Assembly (NCBI GenBank): GCA_030141605.1
Contig: JAQGDQ010000066.1
Location: forward strand, 1 to 64,000
From: Tubiluchus corallicola
Taxonomy: Eukaryota > Animalia > Priapulida
Direction of reading: 5' to 3'
Length of the DNA stretch: 64,000 nucleotides
Shown in pieces: positions 23,901-44,661 of this stretch (the stretch's first letter is position 1; every line of letters begins with the position of its first letter). A program made the position numbers and the translations under genes. The notes under the pieces are model-generated. The model ran no database searches and was not told the origin of the DNA. It saw nothing but the letters and a program-made list of their open reading frames with translations.

Positions 23901-25774
23901 ACACTAGATGAGACACTGGAAGATGCTCATCAGTCTCTCGAGGCAGCCAAATTGGCTCAAAAGGGATGGTACGATAAGCTGACTAGACAAAAGAACTTCC
24001 AAGTCGGTGATAAGGTAATGCTGCAACGTCTTAAGAAAGGCAGCAAAATGTTATATACCTGGCGTGGACCCTATCCTATTGTAGACAAAATCTCGGATTA
24101 CACGTACAAAGTAAAAATCGGAAAATCTGGCAAGAGAAGAGACTGTCGTATCTGCCACATAAATCGTTTAAAACCTTATGTGGATAGAGAAGAAGAACTA
24201 GTTCTCCTAGCCCTCTATGCAGAGTGCAAAGATAATGCACAAATTAATTGGGAAGAAATTGAAAATGACTGTGTAAAAATTGGTGCGGGACAAGTAGAAG
24301 AGTCTGGTCTTCCTGAATATGCATTCTTCCCAACAGCCAAAGCAACTCAGTCTATCAAAGATATCCAGCTACCTGATTATCTCTCAGATGAGGCCAAAGA
24401 GCAAATGTGGACCATTTTTCAAAAATATCCTAAAATGTTTACTGATCTCCCGGGCCGCACTTCTCTCGTAAAACACCATATTAATCTGCTTGATACCACC
24501 CCAGTCCAACAACAACCGTATCGTATACCACATGCTCGTAGAGAGATTGTCCGCAAGGAAGTGGAAGACATGCTAGCTTTAGGAGTCATCCGAAGGTCAG
24601 AATCAGAGTATGCTTCTCCGATGTTGGTTGTGCCAAAACCACCAATTGATGGCTCTCCACAGTGGCGCCCCTGTGTCGATTACCGACAGGTCAATAAACG
24701 TACGGTCTTTTGCCCTTACGCAATGCCAAGACCAGATGAGCTCATAGACGACTTGCACAATGCCACCTGGATATCCACCTTAGATTTAACGAAAGCCTAC
24801 TGGCAAGTTACACTGACACCTGAATCTCAACCTGTGTCAGCCTTTGTAACAGACTTCGGTAAATTCGAATTTGAGGTTATGCCATTTGGGCTGATGAATG
24901 ATGCGGCAACAGCACAATCTTTAGTTGATCGCATTTTGGAGACTGTATGCCACTGTTCGCGAGGATATATCGACGACGTTCTCATTAAATCGTCCGATTG
25001 GAATAAACATTTGGCACATGTAGAAGCTACATTATCCAGAATACGACAAGCTGGAGTTACAGTGAAAAATGCCACTTCGCCCAGCAAGAAGTACAATTCT
25101 TAGGATACATTGTGGGAAAGGACCGTTTGCGACCTCAACCTCAGAAAATACAACAAATACATGAGTTCTTGCGACCTCAGACTAAAACACAAGTGAGAAG
25201 ATTTCTAGGAATGGTGAGCTTTTACCGACGCTTCATTCCCCATTTCAGTACCATAGCAGCACCACTACATGCACTCACAGAAAAACATGCACCCATTCAG
25301 GTACAATGGTCTGAAGCCACAGAAAAAAGTTTCACCCAGTTGCGACGCGCTCTTACATCAGATTCTGTTCTACATTCTCCCAACTTCGATGAGACGTTTA
25401 TATTAACTACAGATGCTAGTTTTACTGGTCTCGGAGCTGTCCTTTCACAGGATCGGAAGGATGGTCTTGGGGAAGTACCAATTACTTACATAAGCAGAAA
25501 GTTAACCGCACCGGAAACAAGATACTCAGTGGTTGAATTAGAATGCTTAAGTGTTGTATTTAGCATCGAAAAACTGCGCTATTATTTAGAAGGCCGAGAA
25601 TTCATTTTGCACACTGACCAGCGAAGTCTTCTTGCTCTTGATAAGATGCGCAAGCGTAATCGCCGTCTGTGCCATTGGGCACTTAAATTAACCGAATATG
25701 CTTTCACAATTGAGCATATTTCTGCTGCACAAAACCCAGTCGCTGATGCACTTAGTCGTTTGCAGTCAGAGTGA
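20934..25774 (+). CDS. Gag-Pol (SCAN-like Gag, CCHC, PR, IN, RT, RNase H) with a frameshift at ~25066
   Basis: YRKRFR...MEQMMNKMP..LTTWL...MATLADKY (SCAN-like); CYGCGKPGHRRSEC; RDSGA; AH..AGHLG..CIAC with DLIGP/TDQG/NGLCER; YIDD. The frame shifts before KCHFAQQEVQFLG and continues to the RNase H end ADALSR. Confidence 0.93.
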
Positions 25775-26525
25775 CAGTGACCAGAAAGAAAACTGTAACT
25801 TGTAAATAGCCAGAAACATTTAAAGTGATAATGTCGTAACATTGTGTTTGTGTTTAATCTCGTATCTATTTGGTTGAATTATAATTGGCAAGCCCTAAAA
25901 TATCGTAATTTCTACTTTGATGACATAGGGTTGAATGCTCTATGTGCATCCTACGCCAAGGTACATACCAACTGTATTGCACCTGTTAGTGCTCCTTCAA
26001 GGGACGATGGAGGCCCCTTGTGTATTGGAAAGGCATGAGCCTACCAATGTTTATATGCTGAACATATTGGCCATTAGTTCAGAATCAGATATTGAAGCTT
26101 AGTTAATCTGATAGTAACTTCAGATCACGTAAAGTCCACGTGGCGGTTGATAAGTTTAAAGGAAAACGTTCATTGTGGTACCACATAGTTAGATATAGAG
26201 TTGATGAATGCTCTGTTGAATGTAATTCGAACTTGGAGAAGTTCGGCGTTGCTTACATTTCCTACTTTACTGATGTGTAAAGGTTATAGTGACAGCTTAA
26301 CTGCTTTGTGAAAGGCTTCATATGAAATGTTGGTTTACGAATGTACTCTTAATTTTCAGTAGAACTTACAGGCCCGTATGATTTGATGTCTTAATGCTGA
26401 AATCATGTCTTCTAGGTATTGTGCTAGCCAGCTATAATTTGTTTGATTCGTATTTGCTAACCCGATAGATCTTATATTCCATCCATAACTTTAAAGTATG
26501 TGGCATACTCTTTGATCGGGGGCTA

Positions 26526-27821
26526 TGTGACGTCCGTGACGTCAGTCTGGAATATAAGAACTACCGAGCAGCATTGCAACCCCTTCTAATATAGTTGAAC
26601 TGTATTCTAGTATGATTTTTGTGTATGCCCTATACTTAGGCTGCATTAATAGCATAAGTTAACTAATTGCTTATGTTAGTTGGATGAGTAATTAGTTAAT
26701 TACTCATTAAGCGAATTTATCTACTACAACAAAGCAAGTTGTGACTGTACATATATGAGCGTGCACTTAGTTAGCTCTGGGAAGGGTCCCACCTCATACC
26801 TGTCCTAGATCTCCTTTACAAGAAAGTAAGTGATTGGTCATATGCTCAACTGAACAGGCTATCTGGCCAATGAATCGTCGTGTTAAAGGACAAGGTCATC
26901 CAGTTTTACCTGTTCTAGAAATTGAAACTAGGTTCAAGACAGTGTGTCGAACGTGCTAGGCCAGTGAAGTCGTCGAATATGGCTTCCGACAAACATTCAT
27001 TAGTAATCGAAGTCAAGACTTAATTATTGTGGAGATAGAAAGTGATTAAAGGGCACTGACACACCAAAGGGTTAGGTGTTCGAGCCGTGAGGCGGAAACA
27101 CCAATAAACTGGCTGTTATTCGTTATTAGACGTACTGCTGTAAACGGAAGTTCAGGAGATCCGGTGCAGAAACAACCAGGTTATGACCAGACGTAGTACC
27201 AATGGTAGTTCCACGAGCTCCACGGGTCAGGACTCCACTGCACTCCACTAGGATTGGTGAAGTAACCAATTACGACTTCGGTACACCTGACAAGCGTTGT
27301 AGAAGTGACCACGTAAGATTCCACCCCCTGCTGAGGTTTGGAAGAGTAACTGCTCAAGATTCCACGAAGTTCGCATAACCGGTTAGTCACGTTATTCCAG
27401 CTTCCAGAGTGATGGAGAACGTCAAACGTTAGAATCCGACAGCTTCCGACTGCACTCACTACAACTGATAAGTATACTTACCTTACATCCTTCTCCCTCA
27501 CCTGGGTTGGGGCTAACTAGTCTTCTGTTTGTCATGAGTTAACTAGAAACGTCGTTTATAATTATAACAAGTTTGTTGTTGTTTTGGTTTAAAGTAAATT
27601 GTTCTTAGTTCTTATTCTCTCATTAAACACAGAATTTATCGGTAATATTAAAAACTGTCTTGTTTGGTTCTATTTGGAATACATGTCTGTGAACTATGCT
27701 TAAATGGAAAGATTCACTGAACCCACGTGTCAGCACATATCGGAAATTAGTAGCAAAAAAGTGTTTGTGGTGTCGTAACGAAAGCGTCCTATATCACAGG
27801 TATTACACCACATATATCACA
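26526..27821 (+). repeat. 3' LTR of Gmr1-like element
   Basis: TG...CA termini, preceded by a short purine tract GGGGG at 26518-26522. Confidence 0.95.
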
Positions 27822-29440
27822 GATGCCAAGCTGGGATAATTCGAATATGAGTCCTTTGTGCCAGACCATGTCAAAAGCTTTACTTACATTGAGAAAAACT
27901 GTCCGTACCTGATACCCAGGGTCTAGATTACAGTGTATTTTGTGGACAATAGATACCAATTGATTGATCGTACTATCACCTGTCAATAACAAGATAATTA
28001 TAAAGTTCTTTATACACAATCCACTCAACGATTGTTTGGAAACACAGGAAAGTAGAGAATTTGGCCTATAATTAGTAACCAGTTCTTTATCACCTTTTTT
28101 AAAGACAGGAATGACATTAGCTGTTGTGCATACTGACGGGAAAATTCCATTGTTAACAGACATTTTAAATGATAACATTAAAGGCACAGAAAGCGACCGA
28201 GAACATTGTTTCAAAACAATATTACTTATGCGATTGGGCCCTGTTGATTTACTGACTTTTACACATTTCAAGAAATTACAAAACTATATGCTCGGACAGG
28301 TCAACAGGACAAAACACTATCAGTGACCAAAGAGAAAGGAGGAAGTACGGCATTACCGCGGTTTACACTACAGTTATCAGCAAAACAATTGTTAAATATA
28401 CTGTATTTGAGCTTGGTATCAGCTATAACACAGTTGTTAACTTTACGTGGTGGAATAACAAAGTCATGTTTGCTTTTACAAAATGATTTGACACTGTTCC
28501 ACCAGGCCTTGGGGCAGGTTTGTAGATCAAGTAATTTAGTATTTAGTTTCTTCAGATAATCAGATTTGGCCTTTTTCAAAGAATTATTATACGCATTCCT
28601 TCATGCAGTTTGCAGTATTTATGAGATTTTTCCTTAGCTTTTCTTAATTTTCTGACATAGTTTTCTTAATTTTCTAGCTGTTCATCCACAACTTCTCGCA
28701 AAGCCCAAATGCTTATGGTTCTATGTGGCACATAGTCATCAATCAAATTTGACAAATTAGTAATAAAATTAGCACAAACAGAATCAATAGTTTTATTTGC
28801 AAAAAGTAAATTCCAATAAGTAGCATGAATAGCATAATTTAAATCACACCAGTCTGCTTTACTATAATGGAAAAGTTTGCTTGGAAGCTCCAGTTGGAAG
28901 ATTTATAAGCATTTTACCATAAACAGAGTTATGATCAGCTGTATATATATATATATATATATAGGGGGACATGACACCACTCTCTGTTATTAAACCGGTA
29001 GCATCAGTTAAAATAAGGTCAATTAAAGAGCTAGACGCACCCGAAATACGGGTGAAAGTTGATTCTGAACAGTAAATGCTTATAATTTGGAACCAAAACG
29101 AGTTTCCCCATCAGTAGGGTACCATACTGCACACTTGGCGTTAAAATCACCTACATGATTGCATAGCGAACATTTGATAAGCTGCTAATTAGCATACCGT
29201 GAGACAATTGCAACTGATTTATGAAGTCATCCTCCGTAGGAGCATCTTGAGTAGGAGAATGGTAACAGACACACATATATAAAATTAAGTTTGTAAAGTT
29301 AATTTCAAACCGTTCTTGGTGTGAAAGATATATCTACCACAGCATAAAAAGCCACCCCCCCCCCCTCCCAAGCCATTACAATCTTTATGAAAAGGGACTT
29401 GGTAACCAAGGATTAATATGTCTCAGATATTAATATTGAA
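27822..29440 (-). mobile_element. Decayed CR1-like LINE (APE endonuclease plus RT N-terminal half), interrupted by the Gmr1-like element
   Basis: GGGVAFY, GDFNAK and LIDLILTD endonuclease motifs; STGPNRIS, ANVIPVFKKGD, GDSTINQL and VFLNVSKAFDMVWHKGL RT motifs; stops and frameshifts. Confidence 0.85.
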
Positions 29441-30010
29441 TTTGAAACAACAGTAATTCTGCCATGTCTCACGTCTCAAGCTTCATGTCCTGCATAGACT
29501 GCAGTCTTCAGGGATATGGTAAGAGAAATGACCTGAAAACATTGGGATTAATTTTTTCAATTGAAATAACTGGCGTGGACTTCAACCATGTCAAAGTACT
29601 TTGAGGCTATTCAGAAAGATGGAGTGGCAGGTTAAGATGATCCAAGAACATTCTTCAAAAGGCATCTGTAAGAGGTGCAGGAGGATCTTAAGTTCATTGA
29701 GTTTCTCCAATCATATCCCTCACGACTGCAGGGTGTGTGCGATGCGTGAGGTTTGCATGCAAAAATTTTGGTGCCATGATAGACTCTCAATTGTCTCAGC
29801 AATATTCTGATATAATAAAGTGTAAGAAATTACGAAAGAAATAGAAAGTTTTTGGATAATAATATTTCGACTGTATTTACACACACAACATTCTTATTTG
29901 CTGTCCGTTACTTTGTTTATAAAATCGATGGTGTTCTAAATGTGAACCTCAGCTTTTAGCAGCTGGTCATACCAACTTAATTAGTAATAATTACTATTAA
30001 TTAGGCTCAC

Positions 30011-39290
<9,280 letters not shown>

Positions 39291-40129
39291 CTTTTTCCTA
39301 AAATTAAGAAGAAAATGCTTTAAAAGATTAAGGAGACAGTAAAAACATCATACCATATTTGCAATCAAAAAAGTTAAAAAACACTTTCACTTTGCATTTA
39401 TAAGCACAAGTCCCTTTACTCATTATTATGCAATACAAATGTGATACAACACAACAATAATAACGTACAACAAATTCACTTATCATGTGTCTGGTTAACT
39501 CAAATTTTTTGCCATTTCATATTTATAATTGACATTACATGACATGTAGAAATCCCTGTAAGTTGCTAGCAAGTTTACTATATTATGTGTAACTATTTAT
39601 GCCTTGTACTCATTTATGAAATACGTTACATATGCATATTTTAAAAGTAAAGAAAAATAATCTTCCAACTTACTCTAAAGCCAATATAATTGAATATTCT
39701 CAGCCAAGTGACAAACTGTAAATATTCACTGCCTAATTCACGCATATAGTTAATGTTATGTGTCGTAACCTGAATCTAAGGTTGTAACTCCATATTTCGT
39801 ATCTGAATATCAAACCAGCTTGTTCTTGAACTTGTTCACTGAAGAAGCTTTAGCAATTTCAGATGGGAGTTGACCACCATGCCACTCTCTAACCATTCTT
39901 TCCATGAAAAAATATTTTCTACAATCCAATTTAGCTCTGTATCACAATTTTTTTAGAGAATGCTCCCTGGTTCTGTCATCACTTATAAGTGTGAACATTT
40001 TTTCTCTTTCAATATATGGACATATAGTTTAATAATAGAGCATAAATGTAAATACAGCACCATAATAAAATTTTCACTACTTTTCACTACCCCAGTCATT
40101 GGAATTTACTCGTAACTAAGCAGACCATC

Positions 40130-40460
40130 AGCGACATCGAATTGCGCAAAGCAATCTTCATCATCAAAGTCTTATTCCTCATGTTGTAGACAATGCCATT
40201 TATTAAAACACTCAATCCACTCCTATCTGTAGCTAATGGTCCAAGTTATTCTGTTCCTAAAGCTAGATTTGTTGATTGTTGAAAATCTTTTTTATCTTAA
40301 CTCGCCAAGTTGTTGTTGGTTTGCCAAGCTGGGTTTTGCAAGATTTTTTACAGCTTCTTCTAATGTGACCCTCACTGGTGTTTCACTTGCTAATCTAAAG
40401 TGTCCTAACCACCTTAATCTTTGGAACTTGATTTTTTATCTCCATTTACCATTTATCGGA
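40130..40460 (-). mobile_element. RTE-like LINE 3' fragment
   Basis: KIKFQRLRWLGHFRLASETPVRVTLEEA; similar to 58010-58200. Confidence 0.6.
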
Positions 40461-41508
40461 GTATTCTACTTTTCACCTTGTCTGCAAAGCAATCAAGCAG
40501 ACACTTTAGGCAAGCAAGAAGAATAAGCAATGTGCGAAATCTTAACTTCATCACAATCACAAAGTGATCATCTCTTCATTTCAATTGACTTTGTTATGTA
40601 AATAAGCAGTAAGAAAAACAAAAAAAGCTTATAGCAACTCTACTCAGGTACAATCATTAATTTTACTTTTACTGCTACAAAAAAGATGTGAGCTAAAGTG
40701 GGAAAGCATGTTAGTACTGTCTAGATACAAGCGACAGATCCGAGTCATCAAAACAGATTAATCAATATTCTTTTGTTTGCCCACGAGAGATGCATGTGAA
40801 CCATAAAGTTGTATTTTGCATAACACAGATGAATTACTGTTCTCCTCTATGCTCGCTGCTATTTCCCCCATCGATGACCACTTTTTATGCAGGTCTAATG
40901 TTATGGTGACTCAAACCAAAGACTCAAGATTGGACTATAACCACTGTTGAAAACTTATAGGAAGTAGCTACAGTACATCAAGTAACATACATGAGAATAT
41001 GAACAATGTAAATGAAATTCATTAGCTGACTTGCCTTTATTGAAGAGCCTGCCAACAGAAGATCCCTTGTTCAAGTCCAGGTTGCAGCTCAACTTTTCAC
41101 ATTTGCAATGTTTCAAGTTTGGTATAAAATTTACATTTAGTAAGATCATAGAATTACTGTCAAGTTTTCTATTATTTTCAATAGCAAAACATCATTGCTT
41201 ACACATTTCAAAAATATAATGAAAAAATCCGAACAGTCAACATGAGTTTTTAATCACGAACACGGCAAGAGCCATGATAAGTTCTTGATCAATAGACTCT
41301 GAGTCAAGCAGGAAGAAGAACTGGACTAAAACACTGCCACCTACAGATTTTTGCAAATCTCTGTGAAATTAGTTTCTCCATCATGTAACATAAGTATATA
41401 TATATATGCTATATATATCAATAGGCTATCCACAATCCAGGAATTTGTTTCTGCTTACACCCAGATGTACAACCTATAGTATGGACTTTAGACCTGTATG
41501 GTGGTTTG

Positions 41509-41861
41509 TAGAGGTGAGTGTCGAATGTTCGAGTTTGAACGTTCGAATCCATTCGAACCTAAATTTATAGGTTCGAATAATTCAGTACTTCAGCCACATT
41601 AAAGTTTGAAACAGCGCAGTTTAGCTGTAGTTTCTGTGTAAAATTTTCAACAAACTAATAGCGGTTTTACTGCAGAACAAAATCAAGCAATATGCATGAC
41701 ATTTGTAAGATGTTTTTACTAGCAGTTTGAAAACATGTTCGAAAATCTTTCAATCTCAATTTGAATAAGATTCAGATCTGAAATACTGAAATTCGGTTCG
41801 ATTCGAGACACAAATTTGATTTGATTCGAACTCGCTTTCGGGAAGAGAATGCTCAACCCTA
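41509..41861. mobile_element. Putative MITE with TTCGAA subterminal repeats
   Basis: Ends tagaggtgag / ctcaacccta, with clusters of ttcgaa/ttcga at both ends. No convincing TSD. Confidence 0.45.
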
Positions 41862-44661
41862 ATAGTTAGCACAAATTCCCAAAAATAAAGCTTACACGAA
41901 AATCTGTTGTTTTTTAGCTTTTTATTTCACAAAATTTTTCAAGATTTTTAATTTGCTAGTGTATACGTGCAGCATAAATCGGCTCACTAGTTTCCAAAGA
42001 CATTGAGATAAACGTAATTAGTCTTTCACTCTTACTGATTTCTTTATCAATTGTTATTTTTACTTCTTGTAACAACAGTTGAAGTGGGTTATGCCAGTTA
42101 TCATTTTAACAGAAAGTCTGGCACTCAAGTCAAGGAATCAATAGATTGTGGGAAGCAATGAGTTAAGTTAGTGCAGATTGCAGAAATTCAACACTACACC
42201 AAGGAACCGATGTCATTAAGATGATTTGTGTCAAATTTTGTTCTATGATCAATGGACGAAGTGACCTATGGAGAAAACAGCTTTATAAAGTATTTGTACT
42301 CAAAAAGCAAAAACTGTGACTTAATGCCTTATATTAAATATATTTCATTTGTAGCATGTAATGGCCAACTAGACATTGGTAAGCTATATAAAAAAATTTT
42401 GACAAAGTCTGCTATTTAACTTTTACATAAAATTTATTTTCCACAAACATTCTTAGATAATCAACAATAAATAAATTTCAAAAAGGCAATAAAAGCAGTG
42501 ATGTACAGAAAACTGAAAACAAAAAACATTACGTAATAATAAACTACAACAATACACATGTATACAGCAGGCTGCAAATGCACAGAAACAATTCTGAAAA
42601 AAGCAAAGTTCATTGCTTGGTCGAGTAATTAAACTTATCACTAATTGATGCTTATTAAACAAAGTACTCAACTCTTGTAGTTGAACAATCATTGGCTGTT
42701 CTATTAAGCTGTGACAAACGTCCAATAACAATTATCACTGCAAAGTCTTTGAAATAAGAGGAATAAGCACATTCTCAAAGGTACACTTCACAGCAGTCTA
42801 CAATCAAACACAACCAACATTATGAAGAATATCATAGGTAATTAGAAAACAAAGCAACAAAATAACCTTCTTGTAAAGTAGCAGCGATCGACAGAAAAAT
42901 GGGTGTAGTTGAAAGCTCAAAGCTCCAGTATTTCAGTAATGCACATTTATTAATAACAGTTACAATAGAAGCAATAATGTAACTTTCAAACGACTAACTT
43001 TTGTATCACAGAAAATTTTATCAAAATCATCTAAAGGTGAAAAAATAGTTGACAAAATCTACCACTGCTGCTTGTATGAAACACATCAAACTCGCCTGAT
43101 CTGAGCTAGCCATCTACAAACAACTGATACTGATAACAAAACAGCAACAAAAATTGACAATTTCAAGAAAATGCAAAAAAACTGGTTTAAAATTTTAAAA
43201 CGCCGATTCCTAATTCAATAAAAAAAATAAAGAAATCATGCATCACGCTTTCATTGCTGTTTAATCGGTTAAACAAAATAGCAGTTTTTATGTGATGGCA
43301 AGGCAGATAATCCATCTTTTCAGCTATTCAGTTTTTTAAAACAAGTTTTGTTCAGAAATTGATGGAAAAATGAACAGAGTCATTTTGGCTGCAGTTGAAG
43401 AACATAAGGGGCCAGAAATATTATATAGTTCTTACCAACATGTATTTCAACTAAGCTTAACTATTAAAATGTCTGTAATAAAATAATAATATGATAAGCT
43501 TTTGGACTGTCTATTTTTGCTTGGCATTTTAGTGTAAGATATACAGTAAACCGTAAAATTTAAAAAAATAAAGAGATAGACTAAAAATAGCAACTTCTAA
43601 TAATTACAGACAAATTTTGCTGCACTCCCCCCTCTAGCTCCTAAATGACATCTATATCACCACATGTCAGGCAAGAATTGGTCTTCAAGGTCACATACAT
43701 GGAAGAGGAGAAACATTGGAAGGAACCTGAATGATTTGCTGATGCGAAAAAATCTGACAATTTAATTATCTTACTACGGCTGTTATATGAAACAAATGTG
43801 AAGAATGAACTAAGCAAGTAACAAAGAGCAAGAGTGTGGGTCACTTTCAGAAAGGCTTCGGTAACAATAATAATATACACAATTTAACTAAAGCATGAAG
43901 TATAAAACGTCCTAAACACTCCTGAAAATAAGAGACTTGACTCAAAATATATTAAAAACAAAATCATAAAAAAGGAATGATTCTTGCAGACTTTTAGCGA
44001 ACACATTTGCAAAGTAATGGCAAAATTTATTGTTAGTAAGCTTATTAAATCAAGTAAAAAACTTACTTGTTGTTTAAACATACTATTTCATGCAGTAAAG
44101 GAGCAATAGTTCATGCAGTAACACATGCATTCATGCAACAAACTACCAACACATTACAAACTGACTCAGATGTACGAGAGAAACGAAAATGCCTGAAACA
44201 AAAAAAACCATATCATTAAGTTTTACAGAAAACATAGTTAATACTGGTCAGTCATTTGGTGCACATATTACCAACAAAAAGATTTCCAGCCTTTTCTTGC
44301 TAAGTAGCCTTCAGGCCATCTTTGAAACTAAGCATTTGTAGCCAATATAAATTTGACACTGATGTTTTGACTGTTCTTCAAATTAAACAAGTCAATGCAC
44401 TGGGGTTATCAAGTTCTTTGTAAAAAAGAACTTTAACAGACACTCAAGGAAGTATAAAGTTTTAACTAGCAAAAGACAAAAATACCTAGGAAACTGATTG
44501 TGGTTTACTCTGAACAGATTTGTCTGCATGGACTGCTGTACAGACATTCACAACAGAGATCGGGGTTTAAATGTCATATTTTAGTCCGATTTACACCCAC
44601 CAGTTGCAGGGTAAATAAACCACAAATGAAACTTGAAGTAAGTAACAAATCAGTTTACCTG

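Larger units (their letters stand above)
19003..27821 (+). mobile_element. Gmr1-like Gypsy LTR retrotransposon (integrase upstream of RT)
   Basis: ~1.29-kb LTRs (TGTGAC...ATCACA), a PBS, and a single gag-pol frame with order Gag-PR-IN-RT-RH and Gypsy-type RT motifs. The 5' end and TSD are lost in the gap. Confidence 0.93.

Noticed and set aside
43026-43113. Candidate terminal (GPI-signal) exon for the contactin C-half
   Set aside because: Open only in phase 0 and preceded by an in-frame stop at 44662; hydrophobic pattern weak.
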